A stretch of DNA of 64,000 bases from a virus. The position numbers and the translations under genes are program-made. The notes under the pieces are model-generated. The model did no database searches. It was not told the DNA's origin and was given only the letters and a program-made list of their open reading frames with translations. The stretch is from the IMG/VR virus record IMGVR_UViG_3300018080_000014, positions 24,647-88,646 of that record. One strand, 5' to 3'. Shown piece after piece: positions 1-9,390 of the stretch. Numbering within the stretch: position 1 is the stretch's first letter; each line of letters opens with the position of its first letter.

Positions 1-212
1 CCGGCATCCCTCATCTTGTCCCTTATAATACCAACCAATGGGCCGGGGCTCCAAGGAGTATCACCAATATATAGCTTGTCATCCCCCTGTACGAATCCAA
101 GACCATCACGAGCAGTCCAACCTGCAATGGCAGCCATCCATACTCCTTTCTTGGCATCATTATAATATCTACCCCATGCTGAGGTAAACATCCGGGCATC
201 TATTACTTCCAT
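1..212 (-). CDS. Partial CDS running off the window edge; probable baseplate/tail protein
   Basis: ATG at 212 directly after the baseplate J stop; open to the edge (MEVIDARMFTSAWGRYY...). Function inferred from position only. Confidence 0.5.
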   Translation of the reverse strand, partial: MEVIDARMFTSAWGRYYNDAKKGVWMAAIAGWTARDGLGFVQGDDKLYIGDTPWSPGPLVGIIRDKMRDA

Positions 213-213
213 T

Positions 214-2085
214 TCATTTACCTTCCGTAAATGTCGTGGTTCCTATTTCTGCTATGTTCAATTCACCAATCAATATATCCTTCTCTTGGGCATTGGTGAT
301 CGGCGTTTCCGATTCTTTCTGTATGGTAACGCTTCGTACCTTGATGATTCCTTCAACGTTGAGCATTGCCTTCTCGATCTGCGAGAATACCACGTTTTCC
401 CCGGGTATCAGGTTGTTTATGTAATTGGCAAGCGCTTCCCTGCACTCCGATGATACCGCGGCATAATCGGATTGCGATGTGACGAACAGCGTGGCAGTCA
501 CGTTGATGTTCTTCACCTCTGCCTCCATGATGTTCGCCTGTATGCATATCGGCACGAATGCCCGCCTCTTGAAATCAAATATCCTGCTCCATACTATATC
601 CACGTAGTTGTTAAAATCATATCCTTGGACCATGGCAACAATGACGTTGAACGCGGCACCTCCCCACCGCGTCTTGAACGCGATGTCGGCAAGTCCACTG
701 TTTCTCTCCACGCCATCCGCATACATTTTTCCATCCGCGTACTCGTTGCCACTATTCTGGTATTTCAAGTTCCAGTGACTATCAGATGTTGATCCAGATT
801 CAGCGGTCTTCACGAGAAGCAAGTACGTCTTCGTGTAATCGAGGCCACCAAACTTCTGGGATATTTTTATTTCCTGCCATCCGGTTGGATCATCAGCATC
901 AACATCTTCGGGCGAAAACAATCCAAATGATAGGAGTAGCTTGGATACCGTCGTGGCATAATCATCTACCCACAAGTACAGTTCCATGCGTAGTGGTGGT
1001 GGTTCGCCACCAGTGTTCACTTTCTGCACGTACAATGATATTTCCTTGATGCCAATCCTATCGCCGGTGGGCTTCCATGTCTGGGCAACATCAACATCAC
1101 CTGTACTATAAAAGTTCCACGTCTCGAACGTTGTCCACGTGGCAGATTCTTGCCAATCTGCATTTGGATATGCCACGTCAACGCCAGTAACTTGATATGC
1201 CCTGGCAGATCTGACACCTTCCACTTCCTCTACCAAGCTTTGTATGCGCGAATACCCAAACTGTACCCTGCTCGTGCTGAGTTGTCTCCTGCGATATGAT
1301 GGATCGGATTCTTGTTCAGTCGCACCTATTGACGCTTCGTTATTGATCACCGAAACGACATTTGTTATTCCATCAGTATTCAGCGTTATTTGCCCAGTAT
1401 CAACGACATCCTGTTCACCGTATCTTTCTGCTATGCACGGTATTGTCACTGAAACATTTTCCGTCGGATCCAATCCAACATAATATACTGAATCTTCTGC
1501 TGGTTCTGCACCGCCCGGATTCCAATTAACTTGATCACCATCGAATTCCCAATCCACGTCTTCCGCGTATGCCGTGCCACTTTGTGTTGGTGTCTCGTTT
1601 ATCCATTGTATGGACGTGACGCCCGAGAAGGGGGGTGGGATATTATCGACGCCGTTTGCTGCACCCTTGGTAATTTGTATTATGTTTGGAAGTATCCCTG
1701 CCTGTATCGTGAGATAGTTGATGCCTTTTTCGGTGGAAAATGTTGATGAGATTGGAATGAGCACGTCATTTGCCTTGCCAGTCACCGTCACGTTTACCGT
1801 GCCTTTTGAAGGAACACCCCTGAACACTCCAGATTCTATCCCGTGGTAATCGAGGTAATAATTGCTTGCCGTGGACACGTTCAATTCCTTGAGAACAGAT
1901 GCCATGATGTTATCAAGTTCCACGTACTTGGCAGCAAATACTTTCATCATTTGCCATACCCACGTGCCCTTTCCCGTGTTTACACGTGGATCCAATGAAT
2001 GTAATAAATCAAATTGCTCACGAAGCACCTGATCCAGTGGTTTTAATATGTATCCAGATGCGGTTAGACCGTAATTGATTGAAAT
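214..2085 (-). CDS. Baseplate wedge protein, P2 gpJ/Mu gp47-like, with internal insertions
   Basis: Baseplate-J motifs (V.N...S.GA.EQESD..YRRR; C-terminal YINNLIPGENVVFSQI). The typical N-terminus YGLTASGYILKPL lies upstream of the GTG at 2028, so the start is extended to an ATT at 2085. Confidence 0.8.
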   Translation of the reverse strand: MSINYGLTASGYILKPLDQVLREQFDLLHSLDPRVNTGKGTWVWQMMKVFAAKYVELDNIMASVLKELNVSTASNYYLDYHGIESGVFRGVPSKGTVNVTVTGKANDVLIPISSTFSTEKGINYLTIQAGILPNIIQITKGAANGVDNIPPPFSGVTSIQWINETPTQSGTAYAEDVDWEFDGDQVNWNPGGAEPAEDSVYYVGLDPTENVSVTIPCIAERYGEQDVVDTGQITLNTDGITNVVSVINNEASIGATEQESDPSYRRRQLSTSRVQFGYSRIQSLVEEVEGVRSARAYQVTGVDVAYPNADWQESATWTTFETWNFYSTGDVDVAQTWKPTGDRIGIKEISLYVQKVNTGGEPPPLRMELYLWVDDYATTVSKLLLSFGLFSPEDVDADDPTGWQEIKISQKFGGLDYTKTYLLLVKTAESGSTSDSHWNLKYQNSGNEYADGKMYADGVERNSGLADIAFKTRWGGAAFNVIVAMVQGYDFNNYVDIVWSRIFDFKRRAFVPICIQANIMEAEVKNINVTATLFVTSQSDYAAVSSECREALANYINNLIPGENVVFSQIEKAMLNVEGIIKVRSVTIQKESETPITNAQEKDILIGELNIAEIGTTTFTEGK

Positions 2086-2483
2086 ACTCTTTCCACCTCC
2101 AGTGGTATGTCGAATGTATTGTTATTGACCGATGTTGCTATTATGCCAACTTTCCAGTTACCATCCTCTTCAGGTCTTATATACACCACGCTTGACTCGG
2201 AGATCATTGGTATCCTTTCGTTATTCAGGCAATCCATGATTGCCATGCGTATTACCGTTTCTGGCGGGATATTTTTTACCCTTTTCATCATGTCTGGTAA
2301 TGGCAACCCGTATGATCTATCTATTGCTTCTTCTCCGCGAATCGTGGAAAGGGCAACGATACACTCTTGCCTGAATACCTCTTCCTGCTCGATGGTGACC
2401 ATGTTACCATCCTTGTCCACGTAGATGTCTCCACCTTCAGGGTCCCTGAGAGGCGTCGTCCCTAGGTCTATGTTTGTCGGCAT
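2064..2483 (-). CDS. Baseplate wedge/sheath initiator, gp25/gpW/Mu gp46-like
   Basis: 139 aa; LSTIRGE...D.SYG motif; immediately upstream of baseplate J. Confidence 0.7.
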   Translation of the reverse strand: MPTNIDLGTTPLRDPEGGDIYVDKDGNMVTIEQEEVFRQECIVALSTIRGEEAIDRSYGLPLPDMMKRVKNIPPETVIRMAIMDCLNNERIPMISESSVVYIRPEEDGNWKVGIIATSVNNNTFDIPLEVERVFQSITV

Positions 2484-2829
2484 TTTTCTCCATTTCTTTC
2501 AATATATCCTTGCTTTCGTCAAGTTCCCTGATGAGCTTTTTCCTGTACTCGATGGTTCGCATTTTTGCCCTGATGATTCCTATGGATATTTTGGCAGACG
2601 CCATATCGAATATCGTCTTTATCCTGAGAAGAAACAACGTGTACAGGTAGAAAGCACCACTCAATATAACTATCCACAGAACTTTCAACGTACTGCTCAA
2701 TTCCACGAACATGCTAACACCGTCTTTTTCCATGGTTAAGAACCAATAGACGGCAACAATGCATCCAACATATACCTGCAGCCAAAATAGCCATGCTATG
2801 AATCCTATGATTTTTTCCGTCCTGTTCAT
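2437..2829 (-). CDS. Small membrane protein (2 TM helices plus charged tail), possibly holin-like
   Basis: Likely start MNRTEK at 2829 overlapping the upstream stop; two hydrophobic stretches. Confidence 0.5.
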   Translation of the reverse strand: MNRTEKIIGFIAWLFWLQVYVGCIVAVYWFLTMEKDGVSMFVELSSTLKVLWIVILSGAFYLYTLFLLRIKTIFDMASAKISIGIIRAKMRTIEYRKKLIRELDESKDILKEMEKNADKHRPRDDASQGP

Positions 2830-4565
2830 TCGCTTTTCACCTTCGAGGTGTTTGATTTTATTACTCCAACATTTGATGGCATTCCGGTTGCCACAATATA
2901 TGCATAGAATGCAGCCCATCCAGCCAAAGTTGGTCCGCCACCAGCGGTAGTGGCTGCTACTACGGCTGTCCACCATGGAGATAAGACTGTTGTATCCACT
3001 ATATCGGTAACACGGGCGTTTTTTAATGATGCTGCTGCACCGAGATTTATGGCGGGGCCTTCCACGGTAACTTCACTGCTGGCATTTATTCTTATTTTAC
3101 CATCACTTGCTACTTCTATGTAATTACTATCATCGACATGGATCGTGATGTGCGAATCCTTATCCAGTTCCAACCACATTCCTGTTGCCGTCGTTGGATC
3201 AGGCTTGGATTCGGCGTCATCCGGGTCATCTGCTTCCAGTTTTACACTATTGGATTTCACCAACCATGTCTCTTCTTGCTCATCGAAATACAGTGATCCT
3301 TTCTCCATCCTTAAATAAAAGTCTTTCGGCTCGCATTCCGGTACAACGTCATCTTTCTTCCATATGGAGTTCCCAATCATGGAAAATCCCTGTAACCTAT
3401 CGGTGGAAAATACCATATTGCGTTGCTTGTCGTACACGGGAAACCGCATCCCTATCCCGTTCCCGGCGAACGGGCTAGACCATATGACGTTTTCTATTTG
3501 CTGTCCTTCATAAAATTCTATTTCCTGTGGATCCAGTGTCTTTGTTTTCTTATCCACGTTGAAAAGGACTCTTGTTTTTTCTCTCCATGCATCTCCAATT
3601 TCCTCGTCACTAATACTGGCATCTCCCAGCATTATTTTTGGAGTTTCTATCCAGTCACCGTGTTTTATGTCAATCGCTTCCATCAATGCGCGGGTTGCCG
3701 TGTGATTGTTCTTGATGCATATGCCTATGGATTCTTTCAGTCCCCTTCCATTCTCCCCGTATATTCCTTTTATTATTTTCCACGTCACGCCCTTGTACAC
3801 GAGAGACGATCCGACGATGAATGATGGCGATCCTTCGAGGATAAACGACATGAATAGCCTGCCGCCATACGAGAAATATTTCACCTTGTTATTGAGTATT
3901 TCCATCATGTCATCAATAAAATATGGTCTCGCTGGACACTTGTACCCGAGAGTGATGCTCCCGCTAAATGGATCACAATACCATTCCATGTCGTTCTGTG
4001 CCACGAGATCATCTATGATTTCACCGATACATCTGGAACCATCGTTTACCACGGAATCGTAGTTATATATTCCAGATTCGGAGGCAAGATTCTCAACTGT
4101 TGGTGCCAAGTCAGGATTAATGGAAAATGCCGCTTTCACCATTTCCCTGACGAGCTCGAATATACCAATCGGCTTGCCAAACTTTTTGGAGAATATGATC
4201 TTGTTGCGCATGGTCCATACAGATTCAGGTATAGCATTTATCCTAAAGTGTGCCATTTCACCATTCACTCTTTGTGGTGAAAAAACAGTATTAAGCACGC
4301 GCGCCTTTATTGGAATTTCACCATATGATCTTATCCATATCGGATCGCCTGCTGATAGGCTCTTGATGGCATCCTCGTCGTAATCAAATACCATTATTGA
4401 TATTTTACCACCATCAAACCCATACCTCGTCTGCACGATGTACTCGTTCCTATTGCCGACCACGTTCGTCATCCCAATGATCTCGCCACTATCGAGATCC
4501 TTGGCAGGTATCTTTACCTCGAAATCTGCTATTTTCCTTTCCTTGCTTTCATCTTCCACGCTCAT
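2826..4565 (-). CDS. Baseplate hub plus central spike fusion (VgrG-like architecture)
   Basis: N-terminal hub-like region; C-terminal beta-strand repeats (SHITIHVDDSNYIEVASDGKIRINASSEVTVEGPAINLG...ARVTD) typical of gpV/gp45 spikes; synteny. Confidence 0.65.
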   Translation of the reverse strand: MSVEDESKERKIADFEVKIPAKDLDSGEIIGMTNVVGNRNEYIVQTRYGFDGGKISIMVFDYDEDAIKSLSAGDPIWIRSYGEIPIKARVLNTVFSPQRVNGEMAHFRINAIPESVWTMRNKIIFSKKFGKPIGIFELVREMVKAAFSINPDLAPTVENLASESGIYNYDSVVNDGSRCIGEIIDDLVAQNDMEWYCDPFSGSITLGYKCPARPYFIDDMMEILNNKVKYFSYGGRLFMSFILEGSPSFIVGSSLVYKGVTWKIIKGIYGENGRGLKESIGICIKNNHTATRALMEAIDIKHGDWIETPKIMLGDASISDEEIGDAWREKTRVLFNVDKKTKTLDPQEIEFYEGQQIENVIWSSPFAGNGIGMRFPVYDKQRNMVFSTDRLQGFSMIGNSIWKKDDVVPECEPKDFYLRMEKGSLYFDEQEETWLVKSNSVKLEADDPDDAESKPDPTTATGMWLELDKDSHITIHVDDSNYIEVASDGKIRINASSEVTVEGPAINLGAAASLKNARVTDIVDTTVLSPWWTAVVAATTAGGGPTLAGWAAFYAYIVATGMPSNVGVIKSNTSKVKSE

Positions 4566-6604
4566 ATGCCATACCTTGGATGTATGAAAAATACCTTTAT
4601 ACCAGCATAATCGTCAGTGAGTTTTATGCTATGCACGTACATGTACGTTTCTTCAAGCACGGGCTTGTCTATCGAGTAAAAATCACCGTCATTGTAGGAT
4701 GTCCATATTGGAACGGAATCGTTGTTTCCAATAAAATACACGATACCTTCCTCTATATCAAGTTCCCTGTTACCACGCACGAACATCACGTGGAAAGGAC
4801 TCTGGTAACTGCTGCTAAACATCTCGAACTTGAACTCGCAACTATATGGCAGAGACACCTTCAACGATCCATCTTGCATCACGTCCCCGTACACTGAACA
4901 TATCGTGATGCCCTTGTACAGCATTTGCTCGAATATCTCCTGCCTGTTTTGTGGAGATACAACAAACACGTCCTGCAACGATTCGTCATATTCAAGGGAT
5001 ATTCCAAACTTTAAAAGCACGAGCATTTCCCTGCCCCTATCTGTCAAATGTTTGGATGCCTCACCAACCTTGGAAGAGAAGTCGTACTTCGATTCCGTGG
5101 AATACCTTGTCGCGGTCGTGCTTGACGTGTACTTCATTTCCTGTGTGAGTAAGTATCCAGCTGGTTTTGAATTATCTGGCAAGTATGAAGGAGGCACTAT
5201 CGTGTCAACATCCTTGCACTCGCTTATTGCGGTGGTATTCGTGGGTCCGAAAATGCTTTGGTTTACCATGTTTGAAATGCCAAATAACCTCGATGCTATT
5301 GGATCAGATGAAATCAACTTTCCAAGTCCAAACTGCCACATGTAATACGATGTCCACCCGAGCCTCCAATAGAAATTGATCCTTGATAGCATTTTCTCCC
5401 CGCTTGCCCTGTCATCGGGTACCGTACCGGTGTAAAAATGCGCGACCTGCGTGGAACCGTACACGTCTATCGATTGCTTGACGATGGATTCCTTTATCGC
5501 TTCTTCCTCCTTTTCCAGCATATCGGCAACTTCATCCTCGGTAAATCCCGTTGCCACTCCTTCACTAAGCAATTCCTTGATTGCCCTACCAGTCTCACCA
5601 CCTGACGTGTAAGGCTTCCCCTGATCATCGAACTTTATGGACGTGTCTGCCGTGTTGATTCCCCTGACGTTGTATCTCTTGATCAGCGTGGTTTTTGATT
5701 CCGATGTTTCGAGCAAGAATCTTTTTGGCGGCTCTATGAACCGCCTGAGAAGGAGATGCACCGTGATGCCATCCTTTCCATTCTCTGCCACGTTTTTCCT
5801 CCATATGAGTGTCTGGATGAACATCTCCCTGAATATTTCTTCCTCGCATATCACGTCGAAGGTCTTGTGCATCAATATGCGCTCGTTCCTGACCATCTTG
5901 CCCGTTTCCTTGAAGTACGTGCCAGATCTAAACTTGTCGGCCGTGAGCGTCACATCAGATGCTCCAGTAACCTTTTGGCTGGTCTTCAACTGGTATAGTG
6001 GGTTTCCACCATAACTACCAAGTTGAACAGGACCGCCAATATTTTGCAGGATTGCCCCGGAAGGACCGGTAGTATACGTGACTGCTGATTGGACCACTTG
6101 TGGAATGATGATACCATTGCTTCCTATCGCATTGTCTACCGTTCCTTGTAACAATGTCCTGCCTGTTTCAGATTTAGGTGTCCGGTCTTCCACGGGCCTG
6201 CGCTTGAATGTCGCGGTACCACGCAGGTACAGCTGTTCGAGCGCGTGTAACCACAAGAATCTTGTTGGGCCATCTATGCGTATATCAATCCTGATGGACA
6301 TGTTGTCGCCTTCTTGGAAGGCCATGAAATGTCCACCAATAGATCTGAAATTAAGCAACTTATCAGACTTGGCAACTTCAATATTCTGCACGGCATATAA
6401 AGGAAACACGTGCAGCATAATGTCTGGAGTAAGCTGCAATCTTCCACCAGCAGCAGCATCCGCCAAGGCAAGTGCAGACCATGTTGCTATTTTACCAAGC
6501 AATCCTCCTACTTCATTGAGACTAAAACTCGCTGGCATTATGTTTCCAAATTTCCATACTGGCGTACTAAGTATTGTACCAGATACCGCTGCGCTTATTG
6601 CCAT
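4562..6604 (-). CDS. Tail/baseplate structural protein (tube initiator-like position)
   Basis: 680-aa ORF coupled between tape measure candidate and hub; no diagnostic motif. Confidence 0.45.
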   Translation of the reverse strand: MAISAAVSGTILSTPVWKFGNIMPASFSLNEVGGLLGKIATWSALALADAAAGGRLQLTPDIMLHVFPLYAVQNIEVAKSDKLLNFRSIGGHFMAFQEGDNMSIRIDIRIDGPTRFLWLHALEQLYLRGTATFKRRPVEDRTPKSETGRTLLQGTVDNAIGSNGIIIPQVVQSAVTYTTGPSGAILQNIGGPVQLGSYGGNPLYQLKTSQKVTGASDVTLTADKFRSGTYFKETGKMVRNERILMHKTFDVICEEEIFREMFIQTLIWRKNVAENGKDGITVHLLLRRFIEPPKRFLLETSESKTTLIKRYNVRGINTADTSIKFDDQGKPYTSGGETGRAIKELLSEGVATGFTEDEVADMLEKEEEAIKESIVKQSIDVYGSTQVAHFYTGTVPDDRASGEKMLSRINFYWRLGWTSYYMWQFGLGKLISSDPIASRLFGISNMVNQSIFGPTNTTAISECKDVDTIVPPSYLPDNSKPAGYLLTQEMKYTSSTTATRYSTESKYDFSSKVGEASKHLTDRGREMLVLLKFGISLEYDESLQDVFVVSPQNRQEIFEQMLYKGITICSVYGDVMQDGSLKVSLPYSCEFKFEMFSSSYQSPFHVMFVRGNRELDIEEGIVYFIGNNDSVPIWTSYNDGDFYSIDKPVLEETYMYVHSIKLTDDYAGIKVFFIHPRYGI

Positions 6605-8151
6605 TAAAATTCATCATCTCCTCTTTTCAACACGGACTTGTACTTTATGCTCTCTTCATCTGATGATTCCAATATACTTTTTATTGCTTGCTTTACCATG
6701 TCAATTATTCCAGAGCGTATCTTGGTATTGTTATCTTCAAGCATTTCCTTGAAGTTTATCCTCGATTCTTCCAGCTTCTCTTCCACGATTGTCGTGTTAT
6801 GTTCCGTGATGCGCTCCACGATGCTCTCCCTGTCTATCTCGGATATTTCCCTTATCTCAGGCGTGGCCTCTTCCACGAACCGCTCCACGACTTCAGTTGT
6901 CCTACCAAACTGGAATGGTGTAGTTCTTGTTTCTATTGGCACTTTCTTGCCAAATAGTTCCACGGCTTCTGGTTTTGCCGTCACGGCGTCAATTATCATC
7001 TCCACTCTCTGGCCGAGCTGTGATATTAATTCCATGGATGCGACGACATCCCTTGAAAGATCTGAAAACGAGTAGGAACTCGAATCCTTGAGATCGTAAA
7101 TGGAATCCTGCACGCTGGTAAAGTATTCATCAATGTGTTCCATGGGGAATGGATCAGGTGCGTTGTCGATGATGATATTCCCGATACCACCAATGGCCAG
7201 CTTTAGTTCCGTGAACCGTGGGACAAGTAATTCTATTTCTCGCGATATTGCTGCTAATTCCTGCTGATATTGTGGCAAGTTTTCTATGCTCGTGGAAATC
7301 TCACCAAGTTCCTCGTCATATTCTGGCAATCCTTCTATGCTATCAATTATTTCTTGGAATTTATCAGCATAATCTGGAATATCTATGTCCTTTATGTTCC
7401 TCTTTATGGTTTCCAACCTGCCAGTGTAATCCTTTATTTTTATGTTGCTTATTTTCCTGCGTATAGTATCTAGCCTATCCGTGTAATCCGGTATATCTAT
7501 ATCATCTACCTTGTTGCCAAGCTCGTCAAACTCACCATCGTATACCGGAATGTCTATCGCACCTATCTGCCTTGATATTTCCTCAAGTTCTGCGTGGTAT
7601 CTTGGAATCTTACCGAACTTTCCGGCTATTTCTTCGAGTTGTTCCGTGTAATCCTTTGGTTGTGGCACGTTTGCTATGTCTTCCGATAATATCTCGAACT
7701 CGTCGGAATAATCCGGTATTTCTATCCCTTCTATCTTGCTACCAAGATTGCTTATCCTCGTTGCCACGCCACGTATCTTGTTCTTTATGTCCTGCGCACT
7801 TTCCAGTATCTTGAGCCTCACGGATGCCACGCTTGATTCAAGTGCTACCAGTATATCATCCTTTATTTCCGTGAAATCAGTTTCCTCTCCCACTACCTCG
7901 TTGATCGTGCCAAGTGTTTCCATCATTCCCTTGACATCACCAAGAACGGTTTCCATCCTCTCGTTTATCTGCGTGACGCCCGCCTCCTCCAGCCCAACCC
8001 GTATCTCGATTTCCTTCTTCCTATCGAGATCCTTGAATTGCTTTGACTTGGTAATCTTGTCTATCTGTTGTAGCGATTTTACCAGCGCATTGAGATTACC
8101 CGGATCAGGGCTATCAACTTTCAGGGACACGCTTGTTTCGTCTATGGACAT
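6604..8151 (-). CDS. Putative tape measure protein with ~17-21-aa tandem repeats
   Basis: Helical acidic 515 aa with repeated (I)P.Y...[FL]..I...I units; downstream of tube and chaperone. Confidence 0.55.
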   Translation of the reverse strand: MSIDETSVSLKVDSPDPGNLNALVKSLQQIDKITKSKQFKDLDRKKEIEIRVGLEEAGVTQINERMETVLGDVKGMMETLGTINEVVGEETDFTEIKDDILVALESSVASVRLKILESAQDIKNKIRGVATRISNLGSKIEGIEIPDYSDEFEILSEDIANVPQPKDYTEQLEEIAGKFGKIPRYHAELEEISRQIGAIDIPVYDGEFDELGNKVDDIDIPDYTDRLDTIRRKISNIKIKDYTGRLETIKRNIKDIDIPDYADKFQEIIDSIEGLPEYDEELGEISTSIENLPQYQQELAAISREIELLVPRFTELKLAIGGIGNIIIDNAPDPFPMEHIDEYFTSVQDSIYDLKDSSSYSFSDLSRDVVASMELISQLGQRVEMIIDAVTAKPEAVELFGKKVPIETRTTPFQFGRTTEVVERFVEEATPEIREISEIDRESIVERITEHNTTIVEEKLEESRINFKEMLEDNNTKIRSGIIDMVKQAIKSILESSDEESIKYKSVLKRGDDEF

Positions 8152-8830
8152 TTTGCCTTATCTCCTCCCATTTTTGCACCATGTCTACTTCCTCCTCTGA
8201 CATGGGTTTTAATGGCGTCATTCCAATACCTTTCATCAATTCTTCCATACTACTATACTCATTCTTGGTATCTTTCAAGTACTTGTGTGATTCATGGATA
8301 AACGTCAATTGTAGCTTGGTATGTTTACCAAGCTCTGCAAGTGGAACATTCAAATTCCAGTATGCCTTTGCCAGTATTTTCCCGTTCTCGGTTTCTATCT
8401 GCGATGCCATGCGTTCCTTCCCGTACACGCTCAATTTCAACACCGCGCTGGCAAGTTTTTCTATCTCGAAGTACGAGTCCGGGTGTTCCAGTATCTTTAC
8501 GCCCAAGGGGATTCCTGACCCATCCACGTGTTGCCATTCCTCTCTTTGGAAATCCTTTAATGCGTGGTAGCATATCCATAAAGATATGTCATAATACACG
8601 CTACTCGCCTCCTCCAAGGCATCCTTGGTTACACTAATTTCTGGAATGATCCTGAACCGCATGTGCTTTACTATCGATTTTGCTTCTGGAGAAAGGCGTT
8701 TACACGTGCGATTGAGCACGTCCCTTGTTTCAAGATTGGTCAGGGGACGGTACTTTACCGGGCCATATTTGGAATAAAAAAAAGAATGAAGGTCTATTCC
8801 CTTCAATATGGCATCTACTAAATCCACCAT
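8114..8830 (-). CDS. Putative tail assembly chaperone
   Basis: Start MVDLVDAILKG at 8830 overlaps the tube stop (TAATG); lies between tube and tape measure. Confidence 0.45.
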   Translation of the reverse strand: MVDLVDAILKGIDLHSFFYSKYGPVKYRPLTNLETRDVLNRTCKRLSPEAKSIVKHMRFRIIPEISVTKDALEEASSVYYDISLWICYHALKDFQREEWQHVDGSGIPLGVKILEHPDSYFEIEKLASAVLKLSVYGKERMASQIETENGKILAKAYWNLNVPLAELGKHTKLQLTFIHESHKYLKDTKNEYSSMEELMKGIGMTPLKPMSEEEVDMVQKWEEIRQNVHRRNKRVPES

Positions 8831-9390
8831 TACGTGTACGTACCTATGTTTGTCGGTTTTCCTGTCGTGGAGAAGAACCCGTTTCCTATATAGTGGAAGA
8901 CGCCACCCTGCGCATACGCGAATTTTGTCCACACGTATGGCACAGCTGCATAGACTCTTCCATCCATTCCGTATGATTTGCCATATGGTTCAACCTTGCA
9001 TCCGACAAGTATCTCGTTTCCCGGAATCCATTGCCCGCGGGAAGGGTTCTCCGTGGAATTAAGTTCCGCTACCTTGAGATCGAAGTACTCATCGGATTTG
9101 GCAAGCCATCGCAAGAATCTATAGACATCATCCAATTCGGATACAAGTATTCTCCCGTTTTTGTTTGTTGGTGCTTTTGTTCTTAACCCCAAGCTCCATT
9201 TGCTAAGACCGTGTATGTGCTCATGTGGATAGCCGATGCCATCGACGGATATTTCCTCGACAACTGCTGCGACGATTTCTGGATCTGGTGCAGCACCTGC
9301 TACCAGATCCATTGCAGATGGATATGCTATCGTCCATTTAAGCTTGGTGTTATTCGTGTAGTTTATTGGAAAATTGTTTGCTTCTGACAT
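8830..9390 (-). CDS. Tail tube protein
   Basis: 186 aa, beta-rich, directly downstream of the sheath gene. Confidence 0.65.
   Translation of the reverse strand: MSEANNFPINYTNNTKLKWTIAYPSAMDLVAGAAPDPEIVAAVVEEISVDGIGYPHEHIHGLSKWSLGLRTKAPTNKNGRILVSELDDVYRFLRWLAKSDEYFDLKVAELNSTENPSRGQWIPGNEILVGCKVEPYGKSYGMDGRVYAAVPYVWTKFAYAQGGVFHYIGNGFFSTTGKPTNIGTYT

Noticed and set aside
8770-8790. T8 run as tail-chaperone programmed frameshift
   Set aside because: Lies ~16 codons from the start rather than near the end; no supporting downstream frame identified.
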